This document shows positions 10,653 to 20,233 of a stretch of DNA of 64,000 nucleotides, in pieces. This DNA comes from Candidatus Fervidifonticultor secundus (GTDB lineage: Bacteria > Sysuimicrobiota > Sysuimicrobiia > Sysuimicrobiales > Humicultoraceae), in contig JAVKIP010000008.1 in the NCBI GenBank assembly GCA_031459385.1, positions 1 through 64,000 on the forward strand, given 5' to 3'. The translations under genes were made by a program, and so were the position numbers. The notes under the pieces were generated by a model. The model searched no databases and was not told where the DNA came from. It saw only the letters and a program-made list of their open reading frames with translations. Numbering within the stretch: position 1 is the first letter of the stretch; every line of letters begins with the position of its first letter.

Positions 10653-11393
10653 ATGGTGCACCTGAGCACGTTCTCCATCGCGGCGCGGTGCGCGCGCACC
10701 GGCATGCTGGGCGTGGCCGTCTCCACGGCCGTCCCGGGCGTCGGCAGCCTCTGCCCGTTCGTCCAGCCCGGGGTCGGGGCCATCGCCACCCAGTCGTGGG
10801 TGAATCCCTACCTGGGCATCGACGGGTTGAAGTTGCTGGCCCGGGGGCTCAGTGCGCCCGAGGCCCTCAGGCACCTCGTCGACGACGATCCAGGCCGCAA
10901 CGTCCGACAGGTCGGGATCGTCGATCGGGACGGCCGCAGCGCGGCGTGGTCCGGACCCGAGTGCGTCCCGTGGTTCGGACACGTCACCGGGCCCGACTTC
11001 GCGGCGCAGGGGAACATGCTGGTGGGCGAAGAGACCGTGCGGGCCATGGCAGCCGCCTTCGAGCGGGCCGAGGCGCTGGAGCTCCCTGAGCGGCTGCTGG
11101 TGGCGCTGGAAGCGGGCCAGGCGGCCGGCGGGGACAAGCGCGGGCGCCAGTCGGCGGCGCTCGTGGTCATGGACACCGAGGAGTACCCCTACTGCGCGTT
11201 GCGGGTCGACGAGCACCGGTATCCTGTGGCGGAACTGCGGCGCGTCTTCGAGGTCGCCCGCCACCAGCTCCTGCCGTTTGTCCGCGGGCTGCCGTCGCGG
11301 CGCAACCCGCTGGGTGGCATCGGCCAGGACGTCACTGCGATGCTCCTCACCCCTCCGCCCTACCGCCCCGGAGGGGGCGGCAGCGCGCCCTGA
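10653..11393 (+). CDS. DUF1028 family protein (Ntn-hydrolase-like)
   Basis: STFSIAARC..TGMLGVAVS, GAIATQS, QGNML, GGDKRGRQSAAL, LRVDEH; ATG 10653 after GGAGG. Confidence 0.88.
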   Translation: MVHLSTFSIAARCARTGMLGVAVSTAVPGVGSLCPFVQPGVGAIATQSWVNPYLGIDGLKLLARGLSAPEALRHLVDDDPGRNVRQVGIVDRDGRSAAWSGPECVPWFGHVTGPDFAAQGNMLVGEETVRAMAAAFERAEALELPERLLVALEAGQAAGGDKRGRQSAALVVMDTEEYPYCALRVDEHRYPVAELRRVFEVARHQLLPFVRGLPSRRNPLGGIGQDVTAMLLTPPPYRPGGGGSAP

Positions 11394-11402
11394 GGCGCTG
11401 GC

Positions 11403-12818
11403 GTGGCCGACGCCCGGATCGCGCGCATCGACCGCTTCATCCACGAGCGCATGGCGGAGGCGCATCTGCCCGGCCTCAGCCTGGCCCTGGTGGCAGATGG
11501 GCGCCTGGCGCACGCGCGCGGCTACGGCTTTCGCGACCTGGAGCGGGGCCTGCCCATGACCCCGGATACCCTGGTCGGCATCGGCAGCCTGACCAAGTCG
11601 TTCACCTGCCTGGCGCTGATGCAGCTCCAGGAGCGTGGGGTACTGTCGGCGGAGGATCCGGTCGAGCGCTTCGTCCCGCTGGCGCTGCGGCCGTACGGCG
11701 CGCCGGTGCGGCTCTGGCACCTGATGAGCCACGCCAGCGGCCTCCCGGCCCTCGCCTACGCCGAGGCGCTCATCCGCCGCGGGGTCGGCGCGGCCGACAC
11801 CTGGGTGCCGGTGGCCACCTCCCAGGACATGCTGGCGTTCCTGCACGGCGCCGACGCCTGGGTGCACTGCCGGCCGGGGGAGCGCTGGTTCTACCTGAAC
11901 GAGGGCTACGTGCTGCTGGGCGCCGTCGTCGAGCGCGCCAGCGGCCTGCCGTACGCCGAGTACGTGCGCCGGTACATCCTCGAGCCGCTGGGGATGCCGC
12001 GCACCCTGCTCGAGGCCGACCGCTTCTTCGCCGACGGTGATGCGGCGGTGCCGTACGCCGTGGACCGCGACGGCCGCGCGCACGCGTCACGGTATCTCTT
12101 CGGACAGATCTCCAGCGACGGCGGGGTGATCAGCAGCGCAGCGGAGATGGCGCGGTACGTGCTCATGTACCTGCGCGGCGGCGCACTCGACGGCGTGCGC
12201 CTGGCCTCCCCCGCGTCGATCGCCGCCATGCAGGAGCCGCGGGTCGCCCTGCCGGTCCGGCACTACGGGCCGGCGTCGCCCGGGGGCCCCGACGGGGAGC
12301 CGGCGGGCTTCTACGGCTATGGGCTCCACGTCTACCCCGGCCTGCTGGGCGGACGCGTGGTGGGCCACGGGGGCAGCGTGCGCATCGCAACCGCCCACAT
12401 GGCCTGGGTGCCCGAGGCCGGCGCCGGCGTTGTGGTGCTGGCCAACGGCACGGGCTACCCCATGAACCAGATGGCGCTGTACGCGCTGGCCGTGCTCCTG
12501 GACGAGGACCCGCTGCGCCTGCCCTTCCTGCGGGTGGAGACGGTGTTGCGGTCGCTGGAGGGCATCTACGAGACCTACCGCGGCACGCTGCGGGCTACGG
12601 TCCGCCGGGCGGGTGACTGTCTTTGCCTGGAGATGGGCGACCGCCTCAACGACCTGACAGTCGTGCTGGTCCCGCGCGACCTCGATCCCCGGTGCCCGCG
12701 CTTCGTCGCTCTCGCCGGAGGCTACCAGCTCGAGGCCACCTGCCGCGTGGACGGTGACGACGTCGAGGTCGTCTACGAACGGTACAAGTTCCGGCGCGTC
12801 GGCCGCCTCTCCGCCTGA
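11403..12818 (+). CDS. Serine hydrolase, beta-lactamase/PBP family (Pab87-like peptidase)
   Basis: SxxK (SLTK), YxN (YLN), HGG; extra C-terminal beta domain; no signal peptide. Confidence 0.85.
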   Translation: MADARIARIDRFIHERMAEAHLPGLSLALVADGRLAHARGYGFRDLERGLPMTPDTLVGIGSLTKSFTCLALMQLQERGVLSAEDPVERFVPLALRPYGAPVRLWHLMSHASGLPALAYAEALIRRGVGAADTWVPVATSQDMLAFLHGADAWVHCRPGERWFYLNEGYVLLGAVVERASGLPYAEYVRRYILEPLGMPRTLLEADRFFADGDAAVPYAVDRDGRAHASRYLFGQISSDGGVISSAAEMARYVLMYLRGGALDGVRLASPASIAAMQEPRVALPVRHYGPASPGGPDGEPAGFYGYGLHVYPGLLGGRVVGHGGSVRIATAHMAWVPEAGAGVVVLANGTGYPMNQMALYALAVLLDEDPLRLPFLRVETVLRSLEGIYETYRGTLRATVRRAGDCLCLEMGDRLNDLTVVLVPRDLDPRCPRFVALAGGYQLEATCRVDGDDVEVVYERYKFRRVGRLSA

Positions 12819-12967
12819 TGTCCCCGAGGTGGGGGACGCCGTCGGCACCCATGCGTCCGCGCGCGCATTTGGGCGTGACGATCGGCGCACGTCGCATCGG
12901 GCTGGAGAGCGGCTACGGCCAGGCGCCCGCGCAGGCGCCGTCTGGCGGTGCGGCGTACCTCTCCATC

Positions 12968-14755
12968 ATGCCGTCCGGACCGTCGCTGGAGGAGCGCCAG
13001 GCGCAGGTGGCCGTGGCCCTGGGCCGCAGGCCGGCAGACCTGGTGATCCGCCGTGCCCGCCTGGTCAACGTCTACACCGGGGAGGTGCTCGAGGGGCACG
13101 ACGTCGCCACGAGCGGCCGGTGGATCGCCTACGTCGGCCCCGATGCCGGGTTCGCGATCGGCGAGCGCACCCGCGTCGTGGACGCGGCGGGCCGGTGGCT
13201 GACCCCCGGCCTGATCGACGGCCACACGCACGTCGCCACCCGCTGCGCGCCGGAGGAGTTCGTCCGCTACGTCGCGCCGGGCGGCACGACGACGGTCGTC
13301 ACCGAGCTGATCGAGCTGGCCTCGATCCTGGGCGCGGAGGGGATACGGGTTATGCTCGACGCGCTGGCCGACCAGCCGATCGCCTTTTTCGGCACGCTGC
13401 CACCCCTGGCAGCCCTGGCGCCGTTCATGGAGGACGTGGCGCCGTCGCTCCAGGAGTACCGCGCGCTGCTCGCGCGGGACGACGTCGTGGGGCTGGGCGA
13501 AGTGTACTGGGGTAACCTGCTGCGCGGCGACGCGCGCCTGCTGGCGCTGGTGGTCGAAGCGCAGCGCGCCGGCAAGGTCGTGGAGGGGCACGCCGCCGGT
13601 GCGCGCGGCCAGCGGCTGGCGGCGTACGCGGCGGCCGGCGTGACGTCGTGCCACGAGCCCATCACCGCAGAGGAGGGGCTGGAGCGCCTGCGCCTGGGGT
13701 TCCACTGGATGGCCCGGGACGGCGAGACCAGGCAGGACCTGGAGGCGTTCGCGCCGCTGTGGCGGGACGGCACGATCGACCTCCGCCGCCTGGTCCTGGT
13801 GACCGATTCGGTCGGCCCGCGGCGGCTGTTGCGCGCCGGGTACCTGGACGAGACCCTGCGGCGCGCCATCGGCCTGGGCCTCGCCCCGGTCGCGGCCATC
13901 CGGGCGGTCACCCTGAACGTCGCGGAGCACTTCCGGCTCGACCACTTGACCGGCGGCATCGCGCCCGGCCGGTGGGCGGATCTGGTGCTGGTGGAGGACC
14001 TCCGCGCGTTCCGACCCTGGCAGGTCTACAGCCGCGGCCGTCTGATCGCGCAGGACGGGCGCCTGGTCGTCTCCCCGCGGCCGGTCGCGTTCCCCGCGAC
14101 GGTCATGGCCTCGGTCCGCTGGCCGGCGGCGCTGGACCCGGACGTGTTCACCGTGCCCGCGCCCGGTGGCGACCAGGCGCGTGTGCGCGTCATCGAAATG
14201 GTCACGCACCTCGTCACCCGGGAGGGCGAGGCGGTCCTGCCGGTGCGCGACGGTGCGGTGCAGATGGTGCCGGCAGCCGGCGTGGTGAAGGCCGCGGCGC
14301 TCGACCGGTCGGGGCGCGCGGCCGAGCGCTTCGTGGGGTTCGTGCGGGGCTTCGGGGTGGAGCGAGGTGCGGTGGCCACGACGATGGCGTGGGACGCCCA
14401 GTGCCTGGTCGTGGTCGGAGCGGACGAGCGCGACATGGCCGCGGCCGCGCGCCGGCTGCTCGAGATGCAGGGCGGCGCCGCCGTCGCCGTCGACGGTACC
14501 GTGGTGGCCGAGTTCGCCGCGCCCATCGCCGGGGTGCTCAGCGCCGCGCCCCTGCCGGAGATCGCGGCAGCGCTGGAGCGCATCGACCGGGCGCTGCGGG
14601 ACCTTGGCAGCCGCCTCGACGACCCGCTGCTGGCGGCGGACGTGCTGACAACCGCAGCGATTCCCCACCTGCGCCTGACGCCCCGCGGCTACGTGCGCCT
14701 GCGGGACGGACAGCTGGTCGGGCTCTTTCCGACGCGGCCTGCGGGTACCGGCTAG
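12968..14755 (+). CDS. ade: Adenine deaminase (Ade type); start approximate
   Basis: PGLIDGHTH, GLGEV, EGHA, SCHE, TDS, GGIAPGRWADLV, APIAGVLS, IPHLRLT. Confidence 0.85.
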   Translation: MPSGPSLEERQAQVAVALGRRPADLVIRRARLVNVYTGEVLEGHDVATSGRWIAYVGPDAGFAIGERTRVVDAAGRWLTPGLIDGHTHVATRCAPEEFVRYVAPGGTTTVVTELIELASILGAEGIRVMLDALADQPIAFFGTLPPLAALAPFMEDVAPSLQEYRALLARDDVVGLGEVYWGNLLRGDARLLALVVEAQRAGKVVEGHAAGARGQRLAAYAAAGVTSCHEPITAEEGLERLRLGFHWMARDGETRQDLEAFAPLWRDGTIDLRRLVLVTDSVGPRRLLRAGYLDETLRRAIGLGLAPVAAIRAVTLNVAEHFRLDHLTGGIAPGRWADLVLVEDLRAFRPWQVYSRGRLIAQDGRLVVSPRPVAFPATVMASVRWPAALDPDVFTVPAPGGDQARVRVIEMVTHLVTREGEAVLPVRDGAVQMVPAAGVVKAAALDRSGRAAERFVGFVRGFGVERGAVATTMAWDAQCLVVVGADERDMAAAARRLLEMQGGAAVAVDGTVVAEFAAPIAGVLSAAPLPEIAAALERIDRALRDLGSRLDDPLLAADVLTTAAIPHLRLTPRGYVRLRDGQLVGLFPTRPAGTG

Positions 14756-14826
14756 ACCGCGTCGGCGTCAGCGGGCCCGCGCTGGCACAGCATCGCCCGC
14801 GGCAGCCCCAGGGGGTGGGTCGGCGG

Positions 14827-14970
14827 CTACTGCACGACCACCCGCCTGCCCGCCAGGATCAGGATCAGAATGAAGATGGCCAGCGCCACGACGAACGCGT
14901 CGGCCTGTCCTTCTTCGCGGCCGAAGCGCCGCGCCAGCCCGCGGAGCAGATCGAGGACCCAGATGGGCAT
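14827..14970 (-). CDS. 47-aa small membrane protein with Flp-pilin-like leader (paralogue 2)
   Basis: MPIWVLDLLRGLARRFGREEGQADAFVVALAIFILILILAGRRVVVQ; SD GAGGAGGTG upstream; not in the ORF track. Confidence 0.8.
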   Translation of the reverse strand: MPIWVLDLLRGLARRFGREEGQADAFVVALAIFILILILAGRRVVVQ

Positions 14971-15018
14971 CACGGTTCACCTCCTCGGAGCTGCGGCCCC
15001 TCAGGGGCCGCCGGAGCG

Positions 15019-15162
15019 CTACTGCACCACGACCCGGCGGCCCGCCAGGATCAGCCAGAGGACAAACAGCACCAGGAGCCAGGTGAGGACTTCCTGCCCT
15101 CGTTCATCGCGGTGAAACCGCGCGAGCACAGTGCGCGCTGCCTGCTCCAGCCAGGCGATCAA
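15019..15162 (-). CDS. 47-aa small membrane protein with Flp-pilin-like leader (paralogue 1)
   Basis: TTG start after AAGGAGGTGA: MIAWLEQAARTVLARFHRDERGQEVLTWLLVLFVLWLILAGRRVVVQ; not in the ORF track. Confidence 0.8.
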   Translation of the reverse strand: MIAWLEQAARTVLARFHRDERGQEVLTWLLVLFVLWLILAGRRVVVQ

Positions 15163-15437
15163 CGGCCTCACCTCCTTGGATGCCTCGACACTACTCTACC
15201 CGGTTCGCGTGCCGTCGCAAACCCACAGCGGCCTCCGTGGTGTGTACGCGGGCGCGGGCGCCGCGGTTCCCGCGACACCCGGAGCCGCAGACTCGACGCG
15301 GTACGTGGCGTCCGGGCTCGGGGCCAGGAAGGGATGCCGCCGCGTTGGCGGAATCCCATGGCGGCATCCCGGCGGGCATGCGGGTCCGGCGTATGGCGCG
15401 TCTGCCCGCGCGCCGGGTGCGCGTGTGGGAGGTACGC

Positions 15438-16607
15438 ATGGTGGAGACGCTGATCGAAGGACCAGAGACCGCCGCCCACCTGGCCGCGCTGGACGCCCAC
15501 GTGGCCGACGTGGTGGAGGAGGCGGTCAAAATCTGCGAGATCCCGGCCCCGCCGTTCCAGGAGGAGCGGCGCGCCGCGTACGTGGCCGCCCGGATGCAGG
15601 AGCTGGGCCTGGGCACCCCGCGTCGCGACGCGGTCGGCAACGTGATCTGCGAGTTGCCGGGGGACCCCCACACCCCCGCGGTGGTGGTCTCGGCGCACCT
15701 CGACACGGTCTTCGGCCCCGAGGTGGAGATCCGCGTGCGCCGGGACGGCCCGCGCCTGGCGGCGCCGGGGATCGGCGACAACAGCATCGCGGTCGCCGGG
15801 CTGCTGTGGCTGGGCCGCGTCCTGGCCACCGTGCCCGGCCGGGGTACGCTGGTGCTCGCCGCCAACGTGGGTGAGGAAGGGCTCGGGAACCTCAGGGGCA
15901 TGCGGGCGCTGTGGGACCAGTACGGGGCGCGGGCCGGAGCCTGGGTCGTCCTGGAAGGCGCCATGTTCAACCAGCCGTCGTGTGCCGGGATCTGCGTCCG
16001 GCGCCTGGAGGTGACCTACCACACGGCCGGGGGCCACTCGTGGAGCGACTTCGGACAGCCCAGCGCGATCCACGCGCTGGGACGGCTGATCGACCAGCTG
16101 GCCCAGGTGCGGGTGCCGCCCTCGCCGCGGACGACCTACAACGTTGGCGTCGTGCGCGGCGGCCGCACGGTGAACACCATCGCCCCTGAGGCCGCGCTCT
16201 TGCTGGACCTGCGGTCGGAAGAGCCATCGGCCCTGGACGACCTGGATCGGATCGTGCGCGGGCTGGTCTCCGGGATCGCCGCGGCTGCCGGGGTTGATCA
16301 GGAGGTCACCGTGGTCAGCGACCGGCCGGGCGGGCGGCTCCCGCCGGACCACCCGCTCGTCCGCCTGGTCGAAGCCGCCTCGGCGGCCGTCGGCGCGCCG
16401 CCCGAGTGGAAGTCCGCCAGCACGGACGCCAACGTGCCGCTCAGCCGCGGCGCGGCCGCGGTCTGCCTGGGGCTCGCCCGCGGGGAGCACCTCCACGCGG
16501 AGGCCGAGAGCCTGGACGTGACGCCGCTGCCGCGCGGGTTGCGCCAGGCGTACCTGGTGACCGCAGCGCTGCTGCGCGGCGCGCTCCCCGCGGGCGCATC
16601 GCGATGA
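15438..16607 (+). CDS. M20/M25/M40 metallopeptidase
   Basis: SAHLDTVF, PGIGDN, GEEGLGNL, GGHSW, STDAN, HLH; ATG 15438 after GGAGG. Confidence 0.88.
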   Translation: MVETLIEGPETAAHLAALDAHVADVVEEAVKICEIPAPPFQEERRAAYVAARMQELGLGTPRRDAVGNVICELPGDPHTPAVVVSAHLDTVFGPEVEIRVRRDGPRLAAPGIGDNSIAVAGLLWLGRVLATVPGRGTLVLAANVGEEGLGNLRGMRALWDQYGARAGAWVVLEGAMFNQPSCAGICVRRLEVTYHTAGGHSWSDFGQPSAIHALGRLIDQLAQVRVPPSPRTTYNVGVVRGGRTVNTIAPEAALLLDLRSEEPSALDDLDRIVRGLVSGIAAAAGVDQEVTVVSDRPGGRLPPDHPLVRLVEAASAAVGAPPEWKSASTDANVPLSRGAAAVCLGLARGEHLHAEAESLDVTPLPRGLRQAYLVTAALLRGALPAGASR

Positions 16608-16609
16608 GC

Positions 16610-16797
16610 GGCGCCGCACCGACGGCGCCCCACGCGCCGGCGCGCACGGCGTCGATCGCGATCACCGGCCGTCCGGTCAGGTGCATGCGGCGATACTGCG
16701 CGTACTTGCGGCGCAGACGGTCCAGCGCCCGGCGGTACTCGGGACCGGCCTCCAGCAGCCGCGCGCTGCCCTGCAGCCAGACGAATCCCAGGCGGCG
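16610..16797 (-). pseudogene. C-terminal remnant of a PPOX-class (F420-dependent type) oxidoreductase
   Basis: RRLGFVWLQGSARLLEAGPEYRRALDRLRRKYAQYRRMHLTGRPVIAIDAVRAGAW resembles the C-half of Rv0121-type PPOX proteins; no start codon or N-half. Confidence 0.6.
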
Positions 16798-16804
16798 GGG
16801 GGCG

Positions 16805-16830
16805 GCCCCGGCCGTCGCCTCGGCCGGGGC
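16805..16830. terminator. GC-rich hairpin just after the HtrA stop
   Basis: gccccggccg-tcgcct-cggccggggc, perfect 10-bp stem; no U-tract. Confidence 0.4.
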
Positions 16831-16833
16831 GCC

Positions 16834-17889
16834 TCAGGGATCGTCGGGCAGTTCGACCGGCGCCACCGCGAGGTCCAGGTAGCGGCCATCGCGGAGGACG
16901 CCGAGCGTCACCGACATGCCGATGGCGTCCGGGCCCAGGGCCAGCTCGAGGTCCTCGAGGCTGGCAATCGCCCGCGCGCCGAGGCGCACGACCAGGTCAC
17001 CGGGCTGGATCCCGGCCCGGGCCGCGGGCGAGCCAGGCTGGACGTCGGTCACCCGGACGGCGGTGGGCGGGCGCTGCGCAGGGCCGCTGCCCGCGTGGGC
17101 GCGCGTGCTCGCCGGCGCGCCGGCGCGCCGATCGACCTGCACCGTCTGAGCCACGACGCCCAGGTAGGCGCGGCGCACACGGCCCTGGAGGATCAACTGT
17201 CCGGCGACCCATCGGGCGGTGTTCACCGGGATCGCGAAGGCGATGCCCTGCGAGCCGGCGATCACGGCGGTGTTGATCCCCACGACGCACCCACCGGCAT
17301 CGACGAGCGGCCCGCCCGAGTTACCGGGGTTGAGGGCCGCATCGGTCTGCAGGACGTTGGCGATCAGCCGGCCGGTCTGGGCGCGTAGCGTGCGGCCCAG
17401 CGCGCTGATCACTCCGGCGGTGACCGTCGCCTGGAAGCCGAGCGGGTTGCCAATGGCGACCACGAGCTGCCCCACGCGCAGGCGCGACGAGTCGCCGAGG
17501 GTGGCGGCCGGCAGGCCGGCTGCGGGCACACGGATGACGGCCAGGTCGCTGTGGGGATCGTCACCGACCGGTTCTGCCTGGAAGCCGCGGCCGTCGGGCA
17601 GCATGACGTCGAGGCGGGCGGCGCCGCGCGCCACGTGGCTGTTGGTCAGAATGTAGCCGTCCGGAGCGATGAGCACTCCACTGCCCGCGCCCTGCAGGGC
17701 CGGCAGCCCGCGGCGGCGCAGCCGCTCGGGGGCAGGCCGGGCCACGGCCACGCTGACGACCGCTGGCCCGACGCGCTCGACCGCGCGCACGACGGCCTGG
17801 GAGTACGCGTCCAGCGCCGTGGCCTCGTCGGGCGGCGGCCCGGCTGGCGCCCGGTGGTCGACGTCGGCGGCAAGGGGAGCGATGCGCAC
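16834..17889 (-). CDS. HtrA/DegQ-like S1C serine protease with one PDZ domain; start approximate
   Basis: ILTNSHV, DLAV, QTDAALNPGNSGGPL; C-terminal PDZ (SPAARAGIQPGD). Confidence 0.9.
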   Translation of the reverse strand: MRIAPLAADVDHRAPAGPPPDEATALDAYSQAVVRAVERVGPAVVSVAVARPAPERLRRRGLPALQGAGSGVLIAPDGYILTNSHVARGAARLDVMLPDGRGFQAEPVGDDPHSDLAVIRVPAAGLPAATLGDSSRLRVGQLVVAIGNPLGFQATVTAGVISALGRTLRAQTGRLIANVLQTDAALNPGNSGGPLVDAGGCVVGINTAVIAGSQGIAFAIPVNTARWVAGQLILQGRVRRAYLGVVAQTVQVDRRAGAPASTRAHAGSGPAQRPPTAVRVTDVQPGSPAARAGIQPGDLVVRLGARAIASLEDLELALGPDAIGMSVTLGVLRDGRYLDLAVAPVELPDDP

Positions 17890-17992
17890 GCCCGCACCAA
17901 CGGCGCGCACCCCGCAGGTATTCCGCAGGCGGGCAGGGGGGTGCCCGCCGGCCGCCGAACCGATGCAGCATCCCGTCGTGGAGGCCCTGATC

Positions 17993-18421
17993 ATGACCGA
18001 GGCCACAGACTACATCGAGTACCTCAAGCAGGTGCCGATCTTCGCCACCCTCCCGGCGCGCGAACTGGAGTCGGTCGCCCGGTCGATGCGTGAGCGCACG
18101 TACGAGCCCGGGGCCGTCATCGTCAAGGAGGGCGACCCAGGGCTCGGGTTCTTTCTCATCACCCGCGGCCGGGTGGAGGTCTGGCACCACGATCACCGCA
18201 TCCGCGAACTCGGCCCCGGGGAGTTCTTCGGCGAGATGGCGCTGATGGAGGAGCGGCCGCGGTCAGCGACCGTCAAGGCCGTCGAGCGGACCACCTGCCT
18301 GCAGCTGGTGCGCTGGGATTTTCGTGCGCTGCTGAAGGAGAACCCGGACCTGGCCGTCAGGATGCTCGAAGTCGTCGTGCAGCGCCTGCGCGATCACCCG
18401 GCCGCGCACGACGACACCTGA
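17993..18421 (+). CDS. Stand-alone cyclic-nucleotide-binding domain protein
   Basis: GEFFGEMAL..RPRSATV phosphate-binding cassette; no HTH; SD GGAGG. Confidence 0.88.
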   Translation: MTEATDYIEYLKQVPIFATLPARELESVARSMRERTYEPGAVIVKEGDPGLGFFLITRGRVEVWHHDHRIRELGPGEFFGEMALMEERPRSATVKAVERTTCLQLVRWDFRALLKENPDLAVRMLEVVVQRLRDHPAAHDDT

Positions 18422-18474
18422 CGCCGGCGCGGGGGGCACGCACGCTGCGGACGGGCCACCGGTCCCCGGGACGC

Positions 18475-18506
18475 CTCAGGGAGGCCGGGCATCCGGCCTC
18501 CCTGAG
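18475..18506. terminator. Hairpin between convergent genes (possible bidirectional terminator)
   Basis: ctcagggaggccgg-gcat-ccggcctccctgag, perfect 14-bp stem. Confidence 0.6.
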
Positions 18507-18540
18507 CCAGGCGGCACGCCCGGGATCGGTGCGCGACCTG

Positions 18541-18747
18541 CTAACCCAACGGCTTGACGTTTGCGGCCTGCGGACCCTTCTGGCCCTGCACGACCTCGTA
18601 CTCGACCTTCTGGCCCTCGTTGAGGGTCCGGTATCCTTCCTGCTGGATGGCGGAATAGTGGACGAAGACATCCTTGCCGCCCTCGTCTGGCGTGATGAAC
18701 CCGTACCCCTTCTCCGCGCTGAACCACTTCACTGTCCCTATCGGCAT
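18541..18747 (-). CDS. cspA: Cold-shock protein
   Basis: GTVKWF, RNP1 KGYGFI, RNP2 [14 protein letters not shown]. Confidence 0.96.
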   Translation of the reverse strand: MPIGTVKWFSAEKGYGFITPDEGGKDVFVHYSAIQQEGYRTLNEGQKVEYEVVQGQKGPQAANVKPLG

Positions 18748-18916
18748 GCCCAGCCCACCTCTTTCATGTCACGCCCGTCCTACGATGCCGCCTGACGGCC
18801 GTTCCAGATTACCTGTTCTGATTGGCGGCCCGAGAGGAGATTCCTCCTGGCGTGCCCGGGCCCCCGGGACACCCGGGCCGCGCCTGCACGCCTCCCGCGG
18901 GCCGGCCCGACGCCCG

Positions 18917-20233
18917 GTGGCGGTCGTGGTGCTCGCGGCGATCTGCGCGGTGCTGGCCTCGCCTGCGGCCGCACCTGCGCCGCAGCCCGGGCGTCCGCCT
19001 GCGCCCGTGGTCGCCGAGCTGCCCAACGGTCTCCAGGTGGTCGTCGAGGAGCAGCCGCACACCGAACTGGCGGCCCTGTACACCTGGGTGCGGGCCGGGT
19101 CCAGAGACGAGGACGACGGGAACAACGGCGCGGCCCACTTCCTGGAACACATGCTGTTCAAGGGTACGGCCCGGCGGCCGCCGGGCGAGGCCTGGCGCGA
19201 GGTGGACGCCATGGGCGGGGCGATGAACGCCTCGACCTCCGTGGACTGGACTGCGTACTACATCGTGGCAAAGGCAGCCGATCTCCCGCGGATGCTCGAC
19301 ATCCAGGCCGACGCGCTGCTGCACTCGACCCTGGACGCCGACGAGGTGGAACGCGAGCGGCGTGTCGTCGTCGAAGAGATCAACCGGCGCGACAACTTCC
19401 CCGGCACGCGCGCCTTCGAGCTGCTGCGCGCGGCGGCCTACACGGTGCACCCGTACCGGCGGTCGGTGCTCGGGACGCGGGCCGGCATCGAGCGCATGAG
19501 CCGCGACGTGCTGGCGGCGTTCTACCGGACCCATTACGTGCCCGAGCGGATGACGGTCGTCGTGGTGGGAGGCGTGCGGGCCCGGGAGGCCCTCGCGCTC
19601 GTCCGGCGAGCGTACGGCAGTGGGGGGCGCGCGGCGACGCCGCGCGCCCCCCGCCCGGCGGAGCCACCGCTGCAGGGCATCCGCCGGGTGGCGGCCGAGC
19701 AGGACGTGCGCGCCGCATATCTGGCGATGGGCTTTCCGGCGCTCTCAGCGCGCGATCCCGACTTTCCGGCGGCCGGAGTGCTCGCCGCCGCGCTCGGCGC
19801 CGGCCTCGGTGGCCGCCTCCGGCAGGCGCTGGTCGACCGGGCCCGCGTGGCGCAGAGCGTGAGCGCATTCCTGCCGGCGTGGGAAGACCCGGCGATCTTC
19901 GTGGTCTCGGCCGTCACCGCGCCCGACCAAGCCGAGCGCGCGGAAGCAGCCATCGTCGCCGAGCTCGACGCGGTCCGCGACCGCGGCCTGAGCGACCTCG
20001 AGCTCCAGCGGGCCCGGAGCCTGGTGGAAGGCGAGTACCTCTACCACACCCACACCGTGCGCGGGCGCGCGTTCGACCTGGGCTTTGCCGCGACGGTCGC
20101 CGGCCTGGACATGGGGACGGGCTATCTGGATCGCCTGCGGCGGGTGACCGCGGACGACGTCCGGCGCGTGGCGCAGCGCATCCTGGACCCGCGCCGTTAC
20201 GTCGTCGCCGTCATCCGGCCCGCCGTGCCGTGA
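18917..20233 (+). CDS. M16B zinc peptidase, catalytic subunit with signal peptide; start approximate
   Basis: HFLEHMLFKGT (HxxEH), MNASTS.DWT.Y, ERRVVVEE; hydrophobic N-terminus ending in AxA. Confidence 0.88.
   Translation: MAVVVLAAICAVLASPAAAPAPQPGRPPAPVVAELPNGLQVVVEEQPHTELAALYTWVRAGSRDEDDGNNGAAHFLEHMLFKGTARRPPGEAWREVDAMGGAMNASTSVDWTAYYIVAKAADLPRMLDIQADALLHSTLDADEVERERRVVVEEINRRDNFPGTRAFELLRAAAYTVHPYRRSVLGTRAGIERMSRDVLAAFYRTHYVPERMTVVVVGGVRAREALALVRRAYGSGGRAATPRAPRPAEPPLQGIRRVAAEQDVRAAYLAMGFPALSARDPDFPAAGVLAAALGAGLGGRLRQALVDRARVAQSVSAFLPAWEDPAIFVVSAVTAPDQAERAEAAIVAELDAVRDRGLSDLELQRARSLVEGEYLYHTHTVRGRAFDLGFAATVAGLDMGTGYLDRLRRVTADDVRRVAQRILDPRRYVVAVIRPAVP

Noticed and set aside
14768..14980. 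70-aa ORF from the track
   Set aside because: Wrong frame; the 14827-14970 frame has the SD and a paralogue
16801..16836. UGA followed by a hairpin, read as a selenocysteine/readthrough signal fusing HtrA to the PPOX fragment
   Set aside because: HtrA is complete at the stop, the position is not a Cys-type site, and the downstream part is only half a domain
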